Assembly (NCBI GenBank): GCA_023267275.1
Contig: JAHFNO010000004.1
Coordinates: 1 to 63,561 of the forward strand
Direction: 5' to 3'
Origin: Candidatus Nomurabacteria bacterium
GTDB lineage: Bacteria > Patescibacteriota > Minisyncoccia > Phycocordibacterales > UBA9973
DNA length: 63,561 bases
The notes under the pieces are model-generated. The model was not told where the DNA came from. It saw only the letters and a list, made by a program, of their open reading frames with translations, and did not search any database. Each line of letters opens with the position of its first letter. Position 1 is the first letter of the stretch. Both the position numbers and the translations under genes were made by a program. Below are positions 55,718 to 63,561 of the stretch, piece by piece.

Positions 55718-58057
55718 TTATTGAGTACTTTTGGTGTCCGTTGAAGTCGTAGGAAGTGGAAGTTTCTTCGCTTTTTCCGTCTTCGTGCTTGCTGGCTTCG
55801 TTGGAGTTGCCGGCTCAGTAAGATTGTTTAAAGCATTTGTTATGTTCTGATTATCTGGAAGTCTTGTGTGCAACGCAGTCAAAATATCATTTGCTTCTTT
55901 TGTATTTCCAGTCTTTTGATCGGCAAGTGCGAGATAATACCATCCATTCAAATACTGATTGTTCAAAGCAACAGTTGCTCTAAATGCACCGATTGCGTCT
56001 GTGTAATTTCCATTCTGGAAATACAACAACCCAAGTTCAAAATACGTATCAGGATTGTTTGCATCGATAAGCGTAGCATCTTGCAATTGTTTTACGGCTG
56101 CTTGCGAATTGCCTGCGGCAGTCTCGATTTGCGACATCAAGAAAAATACATCTGTGTAGTTTGCTTTTGCATCGAGTGCCTTCTTTGCATACACGCGTGC
56201 ATTTGCATTGTCGCCAGAATCAAAATACAACTCAGCAAGACTCAAATAAGTCTTTGGATAATTTGGTGCGAGATTGATTGCACGATTATATGTATCGAGT
56301 GCTGTGTTGAACACACCATCAATCTTGAGTGGAGCAAGCATGCGAAGCAAGTCACCAAATGCAATGTAGTTTGCTGGATCAGATGGATCGAGTGCTATTG
56401 CCTGACGTGCTGAGGCATTTCCTACACTCACTGCAGACTGCAATATTGCCTTAGTATTGTCTTGAGAAAGACTGTTCGATGGCATTGAAATCGTTTTTTG
56501 GATCGATTGCTCTGCAAGCAATACGCGCGTTCTCTCAAACAATGGAATATCGGCAAGATTGATAGCTTGTACAAGATGGGCATCTGCCTTTGCAATATCC
56601 CCCACTTGCGAAGCACGCAATCCTTTTTGATAAAACACAAATGATGCAAAACGCTCAGTCACTGCATATGCTGTTCCGGCCGAGACCATCAAGAGTGCAA
56701 CAATAAAAAAGATAGAAAAGAAACTTGAGCGTTGATCTTTCAAAAAGAAAAGATGCTTTGTATTGATACGCTTTTCTTCAACAAGTGCTCCTATAAAGAT
56801 ACCAACAAAGGCAAACATACATACCGTAACAACGAGACCTGGAGCTGCGATGAGAAGTGCAATGACAAAATAAAGAGCGAGAATAAACAAGCTAAAAATC
56901 ATTTGTCCTGAAACATGATGCTCACCAGCAGATTTACCAAATACCTTTCCAATACTTTCATAGAAGAATGACAAGACAAAGAAAAGAACAGTGAGAATTC
57001 CGAGAATACCACTCAATATTCCAATAGTAAGAAACATGCTTGCGCCAGCGGTAAATGGTGTATCCCAAAGTGTATGCATATTTACTGCAACAGGACGATA
57101 TTTAAGCCATTCACCAAGAAAACGATTTGGACCAATACCAAAAATAGGATGCGCGCGAAGTGAAGATCCTGCAACTTGGAAAGTTGCTGAAATTGATGGG
57201 TGGACATCAATATATGGCACATGTAAAAGTGTAGCAAGCATTCCGCCAACAAGATTGTTTGCAAGAATAAAAAAGAGTGCTACAAGAGAAAGACCAAACG
57301 CAAGAAATGAAAATTGACGCACTTCAGAATTGCGATTGATAATAAGTACGTAAATAAGAATTGATATCGCAGAAAGCCCTACCAAAATCCACACAGTAAA
57401 GATATTGGTCAAAATTACAAAAAAGAGTGCGAACAATCCTCCGACAATAGAAATGAGACGCATGATTTTTTCCGGCTTCATAAATTGAAGCATAAGAACA
57501 AAACCAATGAGCGCTGCGCCGGAAATATATCCGAAATCACCCCATAAACCAATTGGCGAATCGCTACTGTTGAAGAAAATTCCAAGCGTCGTGTGTGCGG
57601 GAAAAATAACATGGAACAATTGGAACAGAGCAAGAATGATATATGCGATAAAAAATGCTTGAAGAAAAGTTATGATGCGCTTTCGCGTAACAAAGAGCAT
57701 GCTTGTAAGTATGAGTCCGAGCGAGAGCGAGCCAAGCACAGCAAATGTGTTTTGCTCAAATCCTTCTCCTAGCAAGGAAAGATACATGGTATGAGAAAAA
57801 AGTGCCGAAAGAAAGAGCGCAAAAACCAAAACACTCGTAGAAAGCAATACTGGAGACCAAGGAATTGAAAACGAGCCTTCAAGAAGACGTCCGAGAAGCC
57901 ACGCAACGAGCGCTACAAGTATTGAAACAACAATGAGATATCCTTTTAACACACCAGTGGAGATAAATCCGCCGGGAATAAAGGCTAGCATCGCGAACAC
58001 TACAGAAAGCGATAGCGCAATAACACTCACACGGTCACACATCTCAAATTTTTTCAT
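55718..58057 (-). CDS. Polytopic membrane protein (O-antigen ligase/Wzy_C-like) with C-terminal TPR repeats
   Basis: ~12 TMs, PIFGIGPNRF motif, TPR-like repeats (YFELGLLYFQNGNYTDAI). Confidence 0.75.
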   Translation of the reverse strand: MKKFEMCDRVSVIALSLSVVFAMLAFIPGGFISTGVLKGYLIVVSILVALVAWLLGRLLEGSFSIPWSPVLLSTSVLVFALFLSALFSHTMYLSLLGEGFEQNTFAVLGSLSLGLILTSMLFVTRKRIITFLQAFFIAYIILALFQLFHVIFPAHTTLGIFFNSSDSPIGLWGDFGYISGAALIGFVLMLQFMKPEKIMRLISIVGGLFALFFVILTNIFTVWILVGLSAISILIYVLIINRNSEVRQFSFLAFGLSLVALFFILANNLVGGMLATLLHVPYIDVHPSISATFQVAGSSLRAHPIFGIGPNRFLGEWLKYRPVAVNMHTLWDTPFTAGASMFLTIGILSGILGILTVLFFVLSFFYESIGKVFGKSAGEHHVSGQMIFSLFILALYFVIALLIAAPGLVVTVCMFAFVGIFIGALVEEKRINTKHLFFLKDQRSSFFSIFFIVALLMVSAGTAYAVTERFASFVFYQKGLRASQVGDIAKADAHLVQAINLADIPLFERTRVLLAEQSIQKTISMPSNSLSQDNTKAILQSAVSVGNASARQAIALDPSDPANYIAFGDLLRMLAPLKIDGVFNTALDTYNRAINLAPNYPKTYLSLAELYFDSGDNANARVYAKKALDAKANYTDVFFLMSQIETAAGNSQAAVKQLQDATLIDANNPDTYFELGLLYFQNGNYTDAIGAFRATVALNNQYLNGWYYLALADQKTGNTKEANDILTALHTRLPDNQNITNALNNLTEPATPTKPASTKTEKAKKLPLPTTSTDTKSTQ

Positions 58058-58162
58058 AGGCGTATAGTAAAATCCTTAGTAATAAATGAAAGTCTTTCTC
58101 GAAGCTCTCGTTCAAGAATTGTAGCATATTCCCATATGAAATCATCCCCACACTAGAACACG

Positions 58163-58207
58163 ACATTACAAGGTCTTGCCTTGTTACAAGGCAAGACCTT
58201 GTAATGT
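58163..58207. repeat. REP doublet containing the RAYT stop codon
   Basis: acattacaaggtcttgccttgt-t-acaaggcaagaccttgtaatgt. Confidence 0.92.
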
Positions 58208-58861
58208 GGGGACATAACTTATCCAGTCAAAAATCTCCTTATTAAATAAGCTTTTTTCGGGAAAATAATCTGGAAAGGCACTTCTATTTAGAATTTTCCC
58301 CTCTTTCCTTTCTGAAAGAGAATAGTCTAAATAACTTGAGTAATGATACAAAGAAAGATATTCAAGTGCTTTATTTTTATCTTGAATTCCAATCTTTTTC
58401 CAATGAGGATCTATCAATCCTACTGGATTTAAGTGTATATAAGAAAAAAGGTATTTAAGATATTCATCAGAAGAAGCATGTTTTGATTTAAATTTTCCTT
58501 CGAATAAACTTCCTGTTCGAGAATACTTTTTGTTGTAATACATTACATATGCAGTTGAAACTTTTTGCATAAAAAGACTAACGTCCCCGTCTTCAGATGG
58601 CGTAATGAGTAAGTGAAAATGATTTGGCATTAAACAATAAGCACCAATTGAAATAATTGGTTTTTCTTTTTCTGTCTCAAAAAATCCTTTTTCCCCAAGG
58701 ATTGATTTGATTCTTAATTTTTGATTATCATTACACACATATAAAAGACCGACGAATCTTTCGTAATCTTGTCTGTCATGAAAAATTTCCTGCTTACTAT
58801 TACCACGATTGTATACATGATAATATTCGCCAACTGCAAATGATATTTTGCGTACTGACAT
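58184..58861 (-). CDS. REP-associated tyrosine transposase (RAYT, Y1 HUH family)
   Basis: YYHVYNRG, AYCLMPNHFHLL (HUH), GSLFEGKFK, YIHLNP, YSSY; flanked by REP doublets. Confidence 0.9.
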   Translation of the reverse strand: MSVRKISFAVGEYYHVYNRGNSKQEIFHDRQDYERFVGLLYVCNDNQKLRIKSILGEKGFFETEKEKPIISIGAYCLMPNHFHLLITPSEDGDVSLFMQKVSTAYVMYYNKKYSRTGSLFEGKFKSKHASSDEYLKYLFSYIHLNPVGLIDPHWKKIGIQDKNKALEYLSLYHYSSYLDYSLSERKEGKILNRSAFPDYFPEKSLFNKEIFDWISYVPTLQGLAL

Positions 58862-58880
58862 AATCTAATTAAGTTACTTC

Positions 58881-58923
58881 AATTACAAGGTCTTGCCTTG
58901 TAACAAGGCAAGACCTTGTAATT
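58881..58923. repeat. REP doublet upstream of RAYT
   Basis: aattacaaggtcttgccttgt-a-acaaggcaagaccttgtaatt. Confidence 0.92.
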
Positions 58924-61900
58924 ATGGGGTGGTCGCAGTTGTTGTGTCTGTGACTGCAGGCGTGGTTGTATCGGTTGTCGTCGGAGTAGTTACCGAAGTA
59001 GATGAAGTTGAGTCGGTGGTTGTACTTCCCGAAGTTGTTGCCGTACTTCCTGAAGTGGTACTGGTCGTACTACTTGTATCAGTAGTAGGCGTTGTAGTTG
59101 TATCAGTCGTCGTCGAAGAACTTACAGTGGAAGGATCAAGTAAAGTTGTCGAGGTTGTACTCGAATCAGTTGTGGTTGTTGGGGAGGTAGTCGTAGTAGA
59201 GGTTGTTGTTGTAGTAGCAGAAGATGTTCCTCCTGAAGTCGATGGTGTTGTCGAAATAGAAACTGTTCCACATTCCCCTGCCGTACTTACCGGTACACCA
59301 TTGGTAACAGTCAAACAATATGGCTGTTTTGAAACTGTATCGTAGAGAGTAATTCCGGCTGGCTTGTCTGCAGAACCAATATGTAATGTTTCAAGCGTAA
59401 GATCTTTGATTTTGATTGTGGCATCTTTCAAATATGTTGTAACAAGATTTGCGAGCGAACCATCAAGATTTGGATCGATTGAAGAAAGTGGTTGAATCTT
59501 CAAATCAAGCTCTTTGATAGCCTGCACAATAATTGCAGTAAATCCTTGATAATTCAAACCGTAGGTTACATCTGGAGTGAGATATGTTGGAGGATTGACC
59601 GTAACAAGATTTGGAAGAATAGTACTTACATCTTGAGCAATAAATCCAAATTGCTGCTGTGTTGTTCCTGTTCCTGGAAGAGTTGTATCTTTCCAGTAGT
59701 ACGATACTGGACTCAATCTTTCGATTGCAGAAAGTCCTGTTGCAGTATCAAGTGGAGTAATTTCTTTTTTTAAACGAACGTCAGATACTGGTGTGTTACA
59801 GAGAAGCAATCCTGTTGAGTCATATCCAAGAGCATGAGTACCGTCATTACATGCTGTACCAGGCGTTATTCCCGAGAATGTTATCGCTGAACCAGTAAAA
59901 TTGATTGCTCCGGATGAAGTTACTCCAGTAAATCCAGTCGCGACACCAAGCGAACTAATATCCCAATAGTTTGTATCTATTGCAACAGTCGCTGCACCAC
60001 CACCAATCGAAATGAGTCCTGTTGATGTACCAGTACCAATGTTTGTTGGCTGGTTGTTACTTGCATTCAATGAGAGTCCGCCAGAACCGGAGAGAATTGT
60101 TGTTGTAGAACTTGTCGTAGAAGATCCGAGGTTGACTGTTTTTATTCCCACAGCATTTCCAATACTAATTGTTTGTGTACCAGTTCCACCAAGAGTAACT
60201 GAACCGGTTGTTGTCCCCCCACCAATACTTACAGTGTTTGTAGAACTATTGTCATTGAGACTAATTGTTCCACCAGCAGATGTAATACCTACAGCAGCAG
60301 CAATCGCTCCACTTGAATTGACTTGGAAAAGTGAACCCGATCCCACACTAAACATTGCAAGTGGAGATGTTGTACCGATACCTACAGTACTATCATTTCG
60401 AACAAAGAAGATACTTGAACCAGTACTATCAGCAACGTTCAATGCCGAATTTGAAGAAGTAGCGTCTGTGCCATTTATAGAAAGTCGAGAAGTTGGAGTC
60501 GAATTGTTAATACCAATATTTCCATCATTTCGTACGAAGAAATTACTATTACCAGCACTGTCGGTAACATTCAATCCTGAGTTTGAAGAAGTGGCATCAG
60601 ATCCTTTTATAACAAGTCGAGATGTAGCAGTAGTAGAACCGATTGCCACATTACCTCCTGAAATAATTCTCATAACTTCTGCGTTGTTTGCACCAAGTCG
60701 CAAATCCGCATTTTGTCGATTATAAATCGATGCAAGGTCTCCAGCACTTGTAAACTCATGTGAGTTTACACTAATCGAAAGTGTATCAGCCGCTGAACTA
60801 TTTCCGATATGAATTTCGTTGGTAGCGGTACTTCCGGTAGAAGAGTTGAGTAGTGCGAGACTTGTTTTGACTCCAGAAATACTTCCAGTGACGCTCAATG
60901 TTTTTGCACTCGCACCATCGTCGTAAGCAAAGTTTGATGAAGCACCAAATACTCCCGAGTTGTTAAATTGAATCTGTGTGTTTGATCCCGCAGCTGAAGT
61001 ACTTGCTCCACATGCACCCCATGCTGGCAATCCACTTGAAACAACGAGACATTGTCCTGCTGATCCAATTGCAAGACGCGCTGGAGTAGAAGTAGCTGCT
61101 GTTGTTGAACCATAAATAATATCACCTGTAGTTGTCATCGGATTCGCCATTCCAGTGGCGGAGTTTGCAGTCCAACTCAGTGTTCCAGAACCGTTTGTTT
61201 GCAAAATTTGTCCAGATGTTCCATCTGCGCTTGGAAGTGTAAAGGTTACCGAAGAAGTAATACCAGAAGCAGGAGCTTTAAATGCAATGTAGTTTGTACC
61301 TGCAGTAGAACCTTCTTGGAATCGAAGTTCCCCCGCTGTGTTGTTTGCATTACTCAAAAACATGTTTCCATTTTTTACTTCAAATGCAACACTCGGAGCT
61401 GCTGTTCCAATACCCACACGAGCATTGGTCGTATCAACATCGAGAATACTTGTTGTTCCATCTGTCTTTGTAAAGTTGAAACCAGCGGCAAGACCTGATG
61501 TGAGTTGATTTATTACCAAACCTCCACCCGAACCAACAGTGAATTTCACTGCGTTCGTAGCATCATATCCAAGACGAAGTTGTTCTGTTGTTTTAAGAAT
61601 ATGCAATGGTGCTGAAGGCGTGACAGTACCAATACCGACGTTACCACCACTAAATGTAGCAGCGTAGGTCACACTTGCTGGAACAGCAACAGACAATGCT
61701 GCCTTTGAAATAGCGACTGTATTGATACCAACTTGACCACCGTTTGTTGCCATAAGTGTTGGTGCCAAACTTGTACTACCACGATCAACCATAAATGAAG
61801 CATATGTGATTCGAGATGCTGCTGATCCGGTACATGATCCGCCAAATGGAGGAGATGACACTGAACTCAATCGAATCAAACTTGCAGTTGTTGAAATAGT

Positions 61901-63561
61901 ATATGGAAGACCCCAGCTTGCAGTAGTTGAGTTATCACTAAATATCATCAAACCATGTTGTGGCCAACCAGTTGCTCCTGCCAAACTAAATGTTGCAGTA
62001 GAACCAGTACATGCACCAGCGCCGCCACCACCAAAGAGAGCTCCGCCGGAAGCCGCAGCGCCGTTTGAAGAAACTTCCAGTCCAGCATATGCTGCACCAG
62101 CCCATGTCGCATTTACACCCACATTTCCGGTACTACCTGAAACTGAGTTTACAGTATCTGTAGAAGTTTGTAATAACACGTCACCGAACAATGCACCTAT
62201 GTTGCTTGTAGAAGTTGAAATAAGACTACCTGGTATACCTCCGTTCAATTTTACAGATCCACCGGCACCAGGTGTTGCGTTACTTGTTCCTCCCACTCCT
62301 CCAGTAAGTGTCACGGCTCCACCCACTCCACCTGCTGCTCCAACAGTAGCGTTGTTTTGAACACCTCCCACTCCTCCAGTAATGAGTGCTGCTGAACCAT
62401 CTCCAGCAGGAGTACCTGCACTGTTGATTGTTCCTCCAACTCCTCCAGTAACAACAAATGTATTATCTGCCGCGCCAGATCCTGTAGCATTCGCACCAAC
62501 GACGTTCAAATATGCAGTAGGTGTGCTTGTTCCAAAACCAACATAGCCGGAAGCATTCGGAACGATAATCGCATATGGCGTACCACCTGTTGCACTCACT
62601 TTCAACCCAACATTTACTGAGTTTGCTCCACTACTTGTATTAGAAATAACAGCACCATATGAAGTTCCACCTGAAATTGTCTGTGTACCGTTCATGGTAA
62701 GACCAAGCAATGTTGCTCCGTTTGCAACTGTTGACGTACTTGCGGAAGTCACACCGAGAGTAAGTGCTGTTCCTGTGGTAAGTCCATTGAAATTCCAAGT
62801 TGTATTTGAGTTTGTTGTTGTTGTAAAACCGTTTGCCCCGGTGACAGTGGGTACACTAATAGCCGACAAAGCTGATGAACCTCCGGCAAGAGCCCAAGAC
62901 ATATTTCCTGATCCATCACTCACGAGCGCATAACCAGAAACAGCTGGATATGCGTTTGGAAGCGTATACACCAAACTACTTGCACTACTTGCTGATTTAA
63001 GTGTAGTGGTATTTGATCCGGAATTATATAAAACCAATGAGCCTGGTGTTCCAGCTTTTCCGAGAGATAAATTTCCACTTGTATCCAAATTCAACAATGA
63101 AGATGTGAGTGTGAGCGCGTTACTTGATCCAATATTCCATGCCGAAGGTGCTGCACCAGTGAGATTCAATGCTCCAGCAGAAGTTACAGCGAGTGTTCTT
63201 GTTCCTGAAGCACCCGTAGTTGAAAGTGTGAGTGGTCCGGTTGCATCAGTGATAGTCAATCCACCAGTTGTTGGACCGGTGATGGTGCGGAGAGAAGTAC
63301 CGTTAAAAGTAATGTCACCTCCTTGAGTGAGCAAACCAGTACCAGTCGTGATTGGTCCATTGCCTGTTGTTTGCAGTGAGAGAGTATGTGTAGCACCGAG
63401 ATCAAATAATGAATCTGCTGCACCAGTGAGATTCAATGCTCCAGCAGAAGTTACAGCGAGTGTTCTTGTTCCTGAAGCACCCGTAGTTGAAAGTGTGAGT
63501 GGTCCGGTTGCATCAGTGATAGTCAATCCACCAGTTGTTGGACCGGTGATGGTGCGGAGAG
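58922..63561 (-). CDS. Giant G/S/T-rich surface fibre/adhesin with peptidase-S74 intramolecular chaperone and Ser/Thr-rich tail (5' end beyond window)
   Basis: GNVGIGT-type repeats; SDVRLKKEI..LSPVSYYWK..GFIAQDV..LNYQG..AIKEL (~59500-59785); frame is open to the window edge. Confidence 0.85.
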   Translation of the reverse strand, partial: LRTITGPTTGGLTITDATGPLTLSTTGASGTRTLAVTSAGALNLTGAADSLFDLGATHTLSLQTTGNGPITTGTGLLTQGGDITFNGTSLRTITGPTTGGLTITDATGPLTLSTTGASGTRTLAVTSAGALNLTGAAPSAWNIGSSNALTLTSSLLNLDTSGNLSLGKAGTPGSLVLYNSGSNTTTLKSASSASSLVYTLPNAYPAVSGYALVSDGSGNMSWALAGGSSALSAISVPTVTGANGFTTTTNSNTTWNFNGLTTGTALTLGVTSASTSTVANGATLLGLTMNGTQTISGGTSYGAVISNTSSGANSVNVGLKVSATGGTPYAIIVPNASGYVGFGTSTPTAYLNVVGANATGSGAADNTFVVTGGVGGTINSAGTPAGDGSAALITGGVGGVQNNATVGAAGGVGGAVTLTGGVGGTSNATPGAGGSVKLNGGIPGSLISTSTSNIGALFGDVLLQTSTDTVNSVSGSTGNVGVNATWAGAAYAGLEVSSNGAAASGGALFGGGGAGACTGSTATFSLAGATGWPQHGLMIFSDNSTTASWGLPYTISTTASLIRLSSVSSPPFGGSCTGSAASRITYASFMVDRGSTSLAPTLMATNGGQVGINTVAISKAALSVAVPASVTYAATFSGGNVGIGTVTPSAPLHILKTTEQLRLGYDATNAVKFTVGSGGGLVINQLTSGLAAGFNFTKTDGTTSILDVDTTNARVGIGTAAPSVAFEVKNGNMFLSNANNTAGELRFQEGSTAGTNYIAFKAPASGITSSVTFTLPSADGTSGQILQTNGSGTLSWTANSATGMANPMTTTGDIIYGSTTAATSTPARLAIGSAGQCLVVSSGLPAWGACGASTSAAGSNTQIQFNNSGVFGASSNFAYDDGASAKTLSVTGSISGVKTSLALLNSSTGSTATNEIHIGNSSAADTLSISVNSHEFTSAGDLASIYNRQNADLRLGANNAEVMRIISGGNVAIGSTTATSRLVIKGSDATSSNSGLNVTDSAGNSNFFVRNDGNIGINNSTPTSRLSINGTDATSSNSALNVADSTGSSIFFVRNDSTVGIGTTSPLAMFSVGSGSLFQVNSSGAIAAAVGITSAGGTISLNDNSSTNTVSIGGGTTTGSVTLGGTGTQTISIGNAVGIKTVNLGSSTTSSTTTILSGSGGLSLNASNNQPTNIGTGTSTGLISIGGGAATVAIDTNYWDISSLGVATGFTGVTSSGAINFTGSAITFSGITPGTACNDGTHALGYDSTGLLLCNTPVSDVRLKKEITPLDTATGLSAIERLSPVSYYWKDTTLPGTGTTQQQFGFIAQDVSTILPNLVTVNPPTYLTPDVTYGLNYQGFTAIIVQAIKELDLKIQPLSSIDPNLDGSLANLVTTYLKDATIKIKDLTLETLHIGSADKPAGITLYDTVSKQPYCLTVTNGVPVSTAGECGTVSISTTPSTSGGTSSATTTTTSTTTTSPTTTTDSSTTSTTLLDPSTVSSSTTTDTTTTPTTDTSSTTSTTSGSTATTSGSTTTDSTSSTSVTTPTTTDTTTPAVTDTTTATTP
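63149..63561. repeat. Exact 146-bp intragenic repeat (63149-63294 = 63416-63561; 267-bp/89-aa period)
   Basis: Identical DNA, truncated by the window end. Confidence 0.9.

Noticed and set aside
58184..58861. IS200/IS605 element with TnpB
   Set aside because: No tnpB; protein length, motifs and symmetric REP flanks fit a RAYT.
58893..59345. Val-rich 150-aa plus-strand ORF
   Set aside because: Antisense of the Thr/Ser-rich tail of the giant protein.
1..63561. tRNA/rRNA genes, alternative genetic code, prophage
   Set aside because: No cloverleaf or rRNA-like tract recognised; long genes read through under code 11 with no in-frame TGA; no phage structural or integrase genes.

Overview
Chromosomal segment of a small-genome bacterium, most likely Patescibacteria/CPR (Parcubacteria-like). 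This is inferred from the compact core genes, NusB-NUDIX fusion, short SMC, Lys-rich RpoD N-terminus and PaaX/Cas2-like orphan. Core genes: rpoD, dnaG, rpoC, rpoB, trmD, typA, khpA, rpsP, rnr, smc, rnc, nusB, rpmF, rnhB, dnaE, thrS, gyrB. They are interspersed with AT-rich single-gene orphan cassettes (many with their own promoter and terminator), an IS30 element, a REP-associated tyrosine transposase (RAYT) with its REP doublets, a MacAB-like ABC exporter, and the 3' part of a giant S74-chaperone fibre/adhesin gene. No rRNA, tRNA or CRISPR array was seen. The most striking layer is a set of miniature repeats. (1) Inverted 7/9-mer arrays run from a stop codon to the next start codon, either empty or enclosing a four-helix-bundle (IVS/Avd-like) gene. 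(2) A ~25-nt hairpin is nested inside three different host palindromes. (3) A 36-bp palindrome family surrounds a PaaX/Cas2-like gene. (4) In-frame palindromes and heptamer arrays sit inside typA, trmD, rnr, rnhB and dnaG. (5) An orphan MazF-like gene has a structured antisense RNA candidate. (6) Terminator/-35 direct repeats bracket an orphan gene. All calls are from reading the sequence by eye; no searches were run.
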